A DNA stretch of 47,978 nucleotides from NCBI GenBank assembly GCA_019306365.1, contig JAFDLS010000002.1, positions 1 to 47,978 of the forward strand, in the 5' to 3' direction. This stretch comes from Deltaproteobacteria bacterium. Lineage in GTDB: Bacteria > Desulfobacterota > Desulfarculia > Adiutricales > JAFDHD01. Shown piece by piece: positions 1-7,756 of the stretch. The first letter of the stretch is position 1. Every line of letters starts with the position of its first letter. Under the pieces are notes generated by a model. The model had not been told where the DNA came from and ran no database searches. It worked only from the letters and a program-made list of their open reading frames with translations. The translations under genes and the position numbers were made by a program.

Positions 1-38
1 CACTCTGGACACCCTATGAACTCCCGGTGAAAACAAAA

Positions 39-70
39 GGCGTAATCCCTTAAGATCACGCCTTTATTGA
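39..70 (+). terminator. Rho-independent terminator-like hairpin, probably ending a + strand gene that lies left of the window
   Basis: GGCGTAATC / GATCACGCC stem with one A.C mismatch and a 6-nt loop, followed by TTTATTGATCTT. Confidence 0.4.
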
Positions 71-243
71 TCTTCGTCCTTTGAAGGTCTAGGTCAGGTT
101 CAAATTCCATCCCTCAGGATATGAATAATATTCCTCCGGTATGAATTTTGATCTTCCTCGGTTTTGCCCGAGTTCCTTTTTTTCCGCTTAAGTTCAGACA
201 TACTGCTTTACAGCGGAGATGCTCGCAGTAATTATTTACAAAC

Positions 244-1662
244 TCATTTCGGTTTCCGTTCGTAGTATCCGATTATTTTATTGGCCACGCGAGCGGCCCG
301 GCCTACATTCGGATAAACCGGGAATTTAGCCTCGATCAGCCTTTCTTGTATCTGAGCCGATATCTCCTTGTACCATTCGGCCTCTTTGCCGCTTCCCCTG
401 GGTCTGTCTCCGAAGACGGCCAAGATTGGCTTGCCCCCTAACTCGCGCAAATTATAGAACTCCATATGCCTATCAAGGGAAAATGGTTGTGAGCTTCTGC
501 GCCACGGCCCGTGGACAAACATGATGATCAGATCAAAATCCGGATGCTTTGCCATCATCTTCATTATTGAATTGGAAGCGTTGTGGTCACCCATGGAAAT
601 GGAGAAGTCAGCCGGATTACCGATCCAATCCCAGATAGGGTTGCCTTGAGCTTTTAATTCATCACGAATATCTTGGGGTAAGGGGATGACATTAAGCCCG
701 GCCTCTTCGCACTGGTCAGCCGCCTGTACACTGCTGCCGCCGCTCCCGCCTGCCACGGCTGTCCTTCGGCCGGTAATCAGGGGCATAAAATAAAAACCAA
801 CGGCAATATCCACCAGATCCTCAATATCCCCCACAGAGATGGCCCCGGCCTGGCGAACCATCGAATGCCACAACTGCTGTGAACCGGCCATGGACGCCGT
901 ATGGGAAGCCGTCGCCCTGGTTCCAGCTTCGCCCCGGCCGCCTTTGAGTATGACCACCGGCTTGACCGCCGCGGCCTTGCGCAGGGAGCTAACGAATCTT
1001 CGGCCTTCGCGCACGCCTTCGATATACAGCAAGATAACGTCGGTCTGGGGATCCTGGGCGAAATAATCCAGGTAATCGCACTCATTGAAATCGAGGGCAT
1101 TGCCATAACTAATGGCTTTGCTGAAACGGACACCCCTTTGAGCGGCGAACCCGACAATCTCTCCCACAACCTGGCCGCTCTGGGAAGCTAACCCCACGTT
1201 TCCGGACTCCTTTGGCATGCCGTCGTTGAAGGCGATGCCCTCTTCGGGATAATAGACTCCCATGCAGTTTGGGCCTATCAATCGTACGCCGCCCGCTTGA
1301 GCTCGCCGGAGCAGTTCCTGTTCCAGTTCCACCGCGTCCTTTCGACCGGTCTCGCTGAACCGGGCTGTGAACAGGTGGACGCCCTTGACCCCTTTTTTCA
1401 CGCAGTCATCGATTAAATCGAGAATGCCGGTGGAAGGGATGGAGGAAATGACAAAATCTACCGGTCCCGGGATGTCGCTAATCCGGGCGTAGGCTTTCAT
1501 GCCCATTATTTCATTATATTTGGGATTTACGGGGTATATATCGCCCCTGAAGCCCAGTTCCTGTAGCGGGGTAATGAAACCGCCTCCGCGGCCGCTCCCT
1601 GATGCTCCTGCTATGGCAATGGATTTTGGATGAAGTATTTCTTCAAGCGGATGAACTGACAT
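244..1662 (-). CDS. CoA-binding protein, ADP-forming acyl-CoA synthetase alpha-type (succinyl-CoA-ligase-like fold); no ATP-grasp partner adjacent
   Basis: 472-aa ORF. N-terminal KSIAIAGAS...YPVNPK CoA-binding Rossmann signature, then SCS-like domains. AGGAGG lies 8 nt upstream of the ATG. Confidence 0.7.
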   Translation of the reverse strand: MSVHPLEEILHPKSIAIAGASGSGRGGGFITPLQELGFRGDIYPVNPKYNEIMGMKAYARISDIPGPVDFVISSIPSTGILDLIDDCVKKGVKGVHLFTARFSETGRKDAVELEQELLRRAQAGGVRLIGPNCMGVYYPEEGIAFNDGMPKESGNVGLASQSGQVVGEIVGFAAQRGVRFSKAISYGNALDFNECDYLDYFAQDPQTDVILLYIEGVREGRRFVSSLRKAAAVKPVVILKGGRGEAGTRATASHTASMAGSQQLWHSMVRQAGAISVGDIEDLVDIAVGFYFMPLITGRRTAVAGGSGGSSVQAADQCEEAGLNVIPLPQDIRDELKAQGNPIWDWIGNPADFSISMGDHNASNSIMKMMAKHPDFDLIIMFVHGPWRRSSQPFSLDRHMEFYNLRELGGKPILAVFGDRPRGSGKEAEWYKEISAQIQERLIEAKFPVYPNVGRAARVANKIIGYYERKPK

Positions 1663-1735
1663 GCACGAGACCTCCTAAAAATTCAGCCGGCATAGACCGG
1701 CTTAAGGAAATAACAGTTGGATCCTCAAGATATCC

Positions 1736-1863
1736 AGAGCGTTTGTCATAAATAAGTTAGTTACGTTTGGCCTTGAAGCAGGAGAAGATGTAGCGTTGGC
1801 CATTCTTCTAAGCCGCCTTATGACAAACGCTAAAACATCATGTAATTGCCGTCTGGCAATTAC
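1736..1863 (+). repeat. Family-1 structured intergenic repeat, copy 1a (short 128-nt form)
   Basis: Perfect 14-bp stem AGCGTTTGTCATAA / TTATGACAAACGCT encloses about 60 nt. It ends in a GTAATTGCC-GTCT-GGCAATTAC hairpin and abuts copy 1b directly. Confidence 0.9.
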
Positions 1864-2098
1864 TTTAGAGCGTTTGTCATAAATAAGTTCCGTTTGGCCT
1901 TGAAGCAGGAGAAGATGTAGCGTTGACCATTCTTCTAAATCGCCTCACGACAAACACTAAAACATCATGTAATTGCGACCCCTCACGACAAACACTAAAA
2001 CATCATGTAATTGCGACCTGTTACATTATGTCAGCCGCTGTTAGAGGCTTGATTTAGTTTAGCAACCAAACGGAAAAATAATTTTAGCAATTACTATG
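1864..2098 (+). repeat. Family-1 structured intergenic repeat, copy 1b (full-length form with an internal 38-bp tandem duplication)
   Basis: Collinear with the copies at 28943-29135 (+) and 46789-46972 (-). The unit CCTCACGACAAACACTAAAACATCATGTAATTGCGACC occurs twice back to back (1943-1980, 1981-2018). Confidence 0.9.
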
Positions 2099-2407
2099 CT
2101 TGTGATCGTGACAGCCTTAATACACATACGCTCCTGACATAAATGAAACATTCCGGTGATTGACCCGTCAAGTATAAGAAGAAAGGGGCAAGCGTGTCAA
2201 GAGGGAGGTCTGGATATTAAGTGAATAATCACTATCTCGCATCTACTCAAATGATGCAAATTGCAAAAGATTACAAATAACTCATTGATATTCTTACTTA
2301 TCGAGTTCTTATAGGAAAATTAAAAAAATATCTATTAAAATGTGTTTAATTTTGATATATTAATATAAATTATCCAAATTAGTTTGGCGAAAGAAGAACC
2401 CTTCAAA

Positions 2408-2770
2408 ATGAATAAGCGCTATACCCGTAAAGGCTTTACCCTTATCGAATTACTAATTGTCGTTTGCATCATCGGGGTGTTAGCCGCTATAGCGATCCCT
2501 CAGTTTGCCAGGTACCGCACCAATTCAATGAATGCCGCAGTCAAAGCCAGCCTCCATCAATTGGCCAAGGCTCAGGAGGACTATTACCTTCAAAATCAAA
2601 CCTATACCGTCAATCGTGCAACCCTGCGCAACATGGTGGGCTGGACCGTGGAAACTTCGGTAACCATCACAATCCTGGCCGCTTCAACAGAATCATGGTC
2701 TGCCACGGCCAGGCACTTGAGTTCACCGAATACTTTCACTTATACCAGTTCTGGGGGAGGGCTGTTATAA
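2408..2770 (+). CDS. Type IV pilin (prepilin-type N-terminal cleavage/methylation domain)
   Basis: MNKRYTRKG|FTLIELLIVVCIIGVLAAIAIPQF shows the class III signal peptide with Gly-1, Phe+1 and Glu+5. I chose ATG 2408 rather than the ORF-track TTG at 2384. Confidence 0.85.
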   Translation: MNKRYTRKGFTLIELLIVVCIIGVLAAIAIPQFARYRTNSMNAAVKASLHQLAKAQEDYYLQNQTYTVNRATLRNMVGWTVETSVTITILAASTESWSATARHLSSPNTFTYTSSGGGLL

Positions 2771-2804
2771 AAAGCGCTGTTTTTGGGGTTTTCTGTTTGA
2801 GGTT

Positions 2805-2850
2805 ATAAAAAAATCTGGGGGAACTTGCTGAATCAGTTCCCCCAATTTTA
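2805..2850. terminator. Bidirectional rho-independent terminator between the convergent pilin gene and the nuoF-like operon
   Basis: 9-bp stem GGGGGAACT / AGTTCCCCC (2817-2825 / 2835-2843) with a 9-nt loop. AATTTTATT follows on the + strand and AGATTTTTTTAT on the - strand. Confidence 0.7.
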
Positions 2851-2859
2851 TTAGGAGCC

Positions 2860-2994
2860 ATCTCAAAATAGTTTGTTTACCCTAACTCATGAGCGCCGCT
2901 TCGCTTACGCTGCAGCGGTCGAAATATTAGATATATTTCTGCGGGTTAAATTTTCTTTCTCCGCGATTTAGACCAAAACACTAATTTTGAGATA
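2860..2994 (+). repeat. Family-2 MITE-like repeat, copy A (diverged or truncated ends, one internal hairpin module)
   Basis: Shares the core GAGCGCCGCTTCGCTTACGCTGCAGCGG ... ATATTTCTGCGGGTTAAATTTTCTTTCTCCGCGATTT with copy C. Ends are ATCTCAAAAT / ATTTTGAGAT. It stops 5 bp from the nuoF-like stop codon. Confidence 0.8.
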
Positions 2995-2998
2995 GCTT

Positions 2999-4786
2999 CT
3001 AATCAATAGCGTCAAATTTACAAGCTGAGAAACAACTCAGGCACTGGATGCATTTTTCTTGATCAATGGAAGCAAGCTGCTTTTTCTCCCAGATGACGGC
3101 ACCCGTGGGACAAACTCTGAAACAGGAACCGCATTTGGTACATTTTTCAGGATCAACCGTAAATTTCAGCAGATTCACGCACCGTTTCGCCGGACACCGC
3201 TTTTCCAGGATGTGCGCTTCGTATTCATCCCGGAAATACCTGAGCGTTGAAAGGATCGGATTGGGGCCTGTTTGACCGAGTCCGCAGAGGGCGGAGGCTT
3301 TGATATCAGCGCTGAGTTCCTCCAGTATTGTAATATCTTCAGGTTCACCATGGCCGTCACAGATTTTATCCAGGATTTGCAGCATACGTTTGGTGCCTTC
3401 GCGGCAGGGAGTGCATTTACCGCAGGATTCATCCTGGACGAAGTCCATGAAAAAGCGAGCCATATCCACCATACAGGTATCTTGATCCATCACGATCATG
3501 CCGCCCGAACCCATAATGGCTCCGGCCTGGACAAGGGATTCGTAATCACAGGGCAGATCAAGCTGCTCCTCGGGTAGGCATCCGCCCGAGGGTCCGCCCA
3601 TCTGGACAGCCTTGAACTTTTTCTTGTTTGGAATTCCGCCGCCGATGTCATAAATAATGGTTCTAAGCGGTGTACCCATGGGGACTTCAACCAGTCCGAT
3701 ATTATTGACGGTTCCGGTCAGAGCAAAGACCTTAGTCCCTTTGCTGGTTTCCGTGCCAATGGAGGAATACCATTCAGCGCCGCGAAAAATGATTTGAGGG
3801 ATATTGGCGTATGTTTCGACGTTGCTGTTAACGGTAGGATACCCGAATATACCGGATTCCCCTGGGAATGGAGGTCTGGGACGCGGCATGCCCCGTTTGC
3901 CCTCTATGGAGGCGATCAGGGCTGTTTCCTCGCCGCACACGAAGGCCCCGGCGCCCTGGTAAACCTCAAGGTCAAAATCAAACCCGGAACCCAAAATGTC
4001 TTTTCCTAAAAGCCCGTATTCCCTGGCCTGTTCAATGGCAATGTTCAGTCTTCGCACGGCCAGGGGATATTCGGCCCGGCAGTAAATGTATCCGTAATGA
4101 GCGTCGTTGGCCTTGGCGGCAATGATTATGCCTTCCAAAACCGCGTGGGGATCAGCTTCCAGTACTGACCGGTCCATGAAGGCGCCAGGATCCCCTTCGT
4201 CCGCGTTACAGAGCATGTATTTAATTTCAGCCTTTGACCTGGCCCCTAACTCAAGTTTTGTGCCGGTTGAGAAACCGGCCCCGCCGCGGCCCCTGAGACC
4301 TGAATCTTTAATCTCTTGAATAATCTCTTCAGGTGTCATTTCCAAGAGCGCCTTGGCAGCCGCCTGGTAACCGTCCCGGGCAATATACTCATCTATCTTT
4401 TCAGCGTCTATCAGACCCTTGTTCCGTAAAACGATAAGAAGCTGATTGGCGAAAAAGGGAATATCCAGCATCTCCGGAATTAGTTCCCTTTTCTCGGGTT
4501 CCTTATAAAAAAGTCTTTCTACGGGCCGGCCTTTTAGAAAATGTTCGCTAACCAACTCAGGCACGTCTTCAACCGTTAATTTCTGATAAAATAACCCTTC
4601 GGGATAAACAACCATAACCGGACCGGCGGCACAGTAACCGTTACAGCCGGTTTCTACGACCTTGACTTCTTCACCTAGTCCCTGTTTTTCCAGCTCAGCC
4701 TCCAGGGCCGTCTTGACCTCCATACTTCCCGATGCATGACACCCGGTGCCTCCGCAAATCAGGGCGTGAGAACGAAATACTTTCAT
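2999..4786 (-). CDS. NuoF-like NAD(P)H-binding FMN/Fe-S flavoprotein (HydB/HndC/FdhB type) with an N-terminal thioredoxin-like 2Fe-2S domain and a C-terminal 2x[4Fe-4S] ferredoxin domain
   Basis: 595 aa. GLRGRGGAGFSTGTK (FMN/NADH site), ESCGKCTPCREG (N3 cluster motif), C-terminal CxxCxxCxxxCP pairs. AAGGAG RBS. Confidence 0.9.
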   Translation of the reverse strand: MKVFRSHALICGGTGCHASGSMEVKTALEAELEKQGLGEEVKVVETGCNGYCAAGPVMVVYPEGLFYQKLTVEDVPELVSEHFLKGRPVERLFYKEPEKRELIPEMLDIPFFANQLLIVLRNKGLIDAEKIDEYIARDGYQAAAKALLEMTPEEIIQEIKDSGLRGRGGAGFSTGTKLELGARSKAEIKYMLCNADEGDPGAFMDRSVLEADPHAVLEGIIIAAKANDAHYGYIYCRAEYPLAVRRLNIAIEQAREYGLLGKDILGSGFDFDLEVYQGAGAFVCGEETALIASIEGKRGMPRPRPPFPGESGIFGYPTVNSNVETYANIPQIIFRGAEWYSSIGTETSKGTKVFALTGTVNNIGLVEVPMGTPLRTIIYDIGGGIPNKKKFKAVQMGGPSGGCLPEEQLDLPCDYESLVQAGAIMGSGGMIVMDQDTCMVDMARFFMDFVQDESCGKCTPCREGTKRMLQILDKICDGHGEPEDITILEELSADIKASALCGLGQTGPNPILSTLRYFRDEYEAHILEKRCPAKRCVNLLKFTVDPEKCTKCGSCFRVCPTGAVIWEKKQLASIDQEKCIQCLSCFSACKFDAID

Positions 4787-4813
4787 CTATTGTCTCCTTA
4801 ATATTCCACCTGG

Positions 4814-5197
4814 TCAGTTAGAGTGCTCACTGCCCTTGGCCATTACAAATTCGTCTTGCACTTCTCCTTCTAGGATATGGCGCTTAAAGATTTGACGCAT
4901 CTTGTTGGGGTCTACAAAGTGGTAACGAATTGCCTCTTCATTCAACAGCTCAACCGTTACAATCGGCTCCTCACTGCAAAGTCCGATGCAGCCCGAGGTG
5001 GTAACAGCGATATCCTGACGATCAGACTGACTGACCTCATCCATGAGCGCGTCCATTACCTGCCGCGCGCCGGAGGCAATGCCGCAGGTACCCATGTGAA
5101 CCGTAACCTTGGCTGTGGCGCCGCCTGTCCTTAGAGATGTATCTTTGAGGACCTGTTCTTTAATTTTTTTTAAATCATCTAATTTCAGTTTGGGCAT
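4814..5197 (-). CDS. Small thioredoxin-like [2Fe-2S] ferredoxin (HndB/HydD-like)
   Basis: Contains GTCGIASGA...SGCIGLCSEEP. Start moved to ATG 5197, which has GAGGAG 8 nt upstream; the ORF-track start at 5206 lies between that RBS and the ATG, too close to the RBS. Confidence 0.8.
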   Translation of the reverse strand: MPKLKLDDLKKIKEQVLKDTSLRTGGATAKVTVHMGTCGIASGARQVMDALMDEVSQSDRQDIAVTTSGCIGLCSEEPIVTVELLNEEAIRYHFVDPNKMRQIFKRHILEGEVQDEFVMAKGSEHSN

Positions 5198-5230
5198 GAT
5201 AAACACTCCTCATAAAATATGAAGCCCAGT

Positions 5231-5776
5231 TTAGATTGAACCTAATTCGGCCAACCCTTCCTGGAGATTTTTCCTTAAAAATTTTATCACTTCAGGGTTG
5301 CTCAGGGACACTCCCTCAAGCTCGTCTTTGATCTCCCTGGTATCAAGAACAAACTCGTTTGAGCCGATTTTCTGCGTGTACATGATATCGACCTCCGGAC
5401 GCCCCACAATCAGACTCATCAATGTGCCTAACATGTCACCCAAAGGGGCGCGATCGATGTGCGATAACCCAAATTCAGCTACAAGCTTGGTCCCGCTGCC
5501 GTGAACGGAATCTATTTTGAAAGATCCGCCTGTTTGCTCGGCGGCCTGACTCAGTAACGACAAGCCCAGGCCGACACGGCGGGTGGTTCTGGTTGTGTAA
5601 AAAGGATCTGTAACCCTGGAGAGCATCTCTTTCGGAATCCCAGATCCGTTATCCGAAATTTTCAATCTTAATATATCCCGGGCCGTGTCTTTTTCCAATT
5701 CAATTTCAATCAAACTCGCGCCAGCGTTAAGGGCGTTCTCTACGACATCGAGAATATGCAATGAAAGTTCCAGCAA
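5231..5776 (-). CDS. Stand-alone GHKL (HATPase_c) ATPase with no HisKA/dimerisation domain
   Basis: N-box LDVVENALNAG, G1 box DNGSGIP and G2-like GLGLSL. TTG start lies 2 nt after the PHP gene stop, suggesting translational coupling. Confidence 0.75.
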   Translation of the reverse strand: MLELSLHILDVVENALNAGASLIEIELEKDTARDILRLKISDNGSGIPKEMLSRVTDPFYTTRTTRRVGLGLSLLSQAAEQTGGSFKIDSVHGSGTKLVAEFGLSHIDRAPLGDMLGTLMSLIVGRPEVDIMYTQKIGSNEFVLDTREIKDELEGVSLSNPEVIKFLRKNLQEGLAELGSI

Positions 5777-5777
5777 G

Positions 5778-6545
5778 TCAACTTCTTCTGCTGAATATTT
5801 TATTTATCGTTCTGCCGTTTTCGTTCTTCAAAGCCATCTTTATTTCAGCCAGGTCAGGTTTGGCCAGGTAAAACTCCGTAAAGGCGGAACCGATGTCATC
5901 CACAAAATGAGCGTCCGAGTTTTTTAAAATCGGCCTGTTAGCCAGTTCCGGGTATTGACTCAGTATCTGTTCTAAATCAGCGAAAGCGGAAATCTCAAAT
6001 CCATCCAGGGCCAGCCCTTCAGGCACGAAACCCAACTGCCCCAGAAGGCTGAATGATTGCCGGTCAACGTGAGAAGCAATAGCCAAACCGCCTCGTTTAT
6101 GAGCTTCCTCAACGACAGTGTTCAGGTCCAGGTCTGTGGCTCCGATTAAAAGGCGTTCATTGAAACCTTCTACTTCGTCATCCTCATTAGCCATAACCTG
6201 CTCACCAAAAACTTCAGGACGATTAGTTCTCGGCGGCAGATGATCATAAACGAGAGCTTGCATGTCCTCGGCTGTCTCAGGTGAATCAAAAAGGGTCAAA
6301 ACATGAACTTCCTCAGCAGAACTAACCTCCAGGCCAGCTAAAACTTTTAATCTTCCGATGCGTTCCGCAGCCCGGAAGGCAGCTGCAACATTTTCCGCAG
6401 TGTTGTGATCGCAAATGGCTATGATATCCAGGTTTTTCGCAAGAGCCGCTTCTACGATGCCTCGAGGCGACATGTCCAGCTCTCCGCATGGCGAGAGACA
6501 TGTGTGTATGTGAAGATCAGCCCGAAAAGCGGACAGCACGGCCAT
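5778..6545 (-). CDS. PHP-domain metal-dependent phosphoesterase
   Basis: ADLHIHTCLSPCG ... ICDHN ... SDAH, the His/Asp motifs of the polymerase/histidinol-phosphatase fold. Confidence 0.8.
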   Translation of the reverse strand: MAVLSAFRADLHIHTCLSPCGELDMSPRGIVEAALAKNLDIIAICDHNTAENVAAAFRAAERIGRLKVLAGLEVSSAEEVHVLTLFDSPETAEDMQALVYDHLPPRTNRPEVFGEQVMANEDDEVEGFNERLLIGATDLDLNTVVEEAHKRGGLAIASHVDRQSFSLLGQLGFVPEGLALDGFEISAFADLEQILSQYPELANRPILKNSDAHFVDDIGSAFTEFYLAKPDLAEIKMALKNENGRTINKIFSRRS

Positions 6546-6548
6546 CGT

Positions 6549-6884
6549 TTATTCATTTAAAAGATTGAACAACAAACCGCTAATTTCAAAAGCAGGCCGG
6601 TCACTTTGGAGTATGGGAACATTCTCCTGTTTAGCCTTGGTTAGGGTGGCCTCATCCGGTGTCCGGTCTTTGATCAGAATTATTCCGGTAAGTTCGCGGA
6701 GCACCCCCACGGCCACTATATTTATATGGGCCTGAAGTGTGATCCAAACCTGGCCGGTATCGGCGTTAGCCATAACATCACTTAGAAGATCCCCAGTATA
6801 ACCGCCTGTTACCTCGCGCTCCAGCAACTCACTTCCTGACAGAACTTTGAGTTCGAGTCTTTGCACCACATCGGCCAGTGTCAT
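6549..6884 (-). CDS. DRTGG-domain protein (second copy)
   Basis: About 111 aa, paralogous in layout to 7352-7726. Start moved to ATG 6884, which has GGAGG 6 nt upstream. Confidence 0.65.
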   Translation of the reverse strand: MTLADVVQRLELKVLSGSELLEREVTGGYTGDLLSDVMANADTGQVWITLQAHINIVAVGVLRELTGIILIKDRTPDEATLTKAKQENVPILQSDRPAFEISGLLFNLLNE

Positions 6885-6911
6885 ATTTCGACCTCCAAAT
6901 CCTTCATCCAA

Positions 6912-7352
6912 TCACGCTTCTTCGGTTGTCCATCCAGAGCGGAAGATGATTTTGAGGCGCGTTCCTTCGCCCACAGCCGATGAGATGGTAAATTCATCCG
7001 CATTTTTCATGATATTGGGCAGACCCATCCCCGCGCCAAACCCCATCTCTCGTATCTCTTCTGTGGCCGTGGAAAAACCTTCCATCATGGCCTGTTCGAT
7101 GTCAGGGATACCGTCGCCTTTATCTTCCACGTATATATAGATACCCTCGTCATCGACCTCGAGTGACATGACCCCATCCCGGCCATATACGACCGCGTTT
7201 ATTTCGGCCTCATAACAGGCAATGGTCGCTCGACGTACCAAGTCGTTTTCGGCCTTCATTTCCCGCAAAATTTTTTTTACTTGAAGCGAAGCTTCTCCAG
7301 CGCGAACGAAATCCATCTCCTTGATGGGAAATTCGTGCCGTGGGTAGTGCAT
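6912..7352 (-). CDS. RsbW/SpoIIAB-like small GHKL ATPase (anti-sigma-type Ser/Thr kinase fold)
   Basis: 146 aa with EAEINAVVYG (N-box-like), DKGDGIPD (G1) and GFGAGMGLP (G2). Its ATG overlaps the upstream DRTGG stop (TAATG). Confidence 0.7.
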   Translation of the reverse strand: MHYPRHEFPIKEMDFVRAGEASLQVKKILREMKAENDLVRRATIACYEAEINAVVYGRDGVMSLEVDDEGIYIYVEDKGDGIPDIEQAMMEGFSTATEEIREMGFGAGMGLPNIMKNADEFTISSAVGEGTRLKIIFRSGWTTEEA

Positions 7353-7726
7353 TATTCAGTCGAGCCTGGCAAACCGTTTAAGTAAAGGTGGCCGGCAGCC
7401 TCATACATTGAATAGGAAGTTAGAAATAGAGGTAAACCAACTTCCTTCGCTTTGGCGATGACTTCCTTGGAAGGAGATCGCCCCCGAACAAAAACAACTC
7501 CTATTAGACCGGATATATCGGCCGTGTTAACAACCTGAATGTTAGTTAAACCGGTCAGAAGAAGGTTGCCTGATTTGATAAAAGCCAGCACTTGACTCAT
7601 GAGGTCCGTACACTCAACATGCTGTACCGTCTGGTCGAGAGGTTCTTCACCAGTAAGAACTTCCGCGTTTAGAATCTTTACGACATGACGCAGGCTTGTG
7701 CCGCTTTCCGAATTAGATTTGATCAT
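7352..7726 (-). CDS. DRTGG-domain protein (first copy)
   Basis: 124 aa. LLLTGLTN ... VVFVRGRSPSKEVIAKAKEVGLPLF matches the DRTGG-domain pattern recalled from Pta N-terminal and CBS-associated proteins. Confidence 0.65.
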   Translation of the reverse strand: MIKSNSESGTSLRHVVKILNAEVLTGEEPLDQTVQHVECTDLMSQVLAFIKSGNLLLTGLTNIQVVNTADISGLIGVVFVRGRSPSKEVIAKAKEVGLPLFLTSYSMYEAAGHLYLNGLPGSTE

Positions 7727-7756
7727 ACTGGTTCGCGTTACTTTCCATATTAAGGT

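Noticed and set aside
97-108. GGTTCAAATTCC resembles a tRNA T-loop, hinting at a tRNA gene or an integration (att) remnant.
   Set aside because: The flanking bases do not form a T-stem. No acceptor, D or anticodon arms can be built on either strand.
1943-2018. Two identical 38-bp units in tandem could look like the start of a CRISPR array.
   Set aside because: There are only two units, directly abutting with no spacer. They lie inside a larger repeat family, and no cas genes are present.
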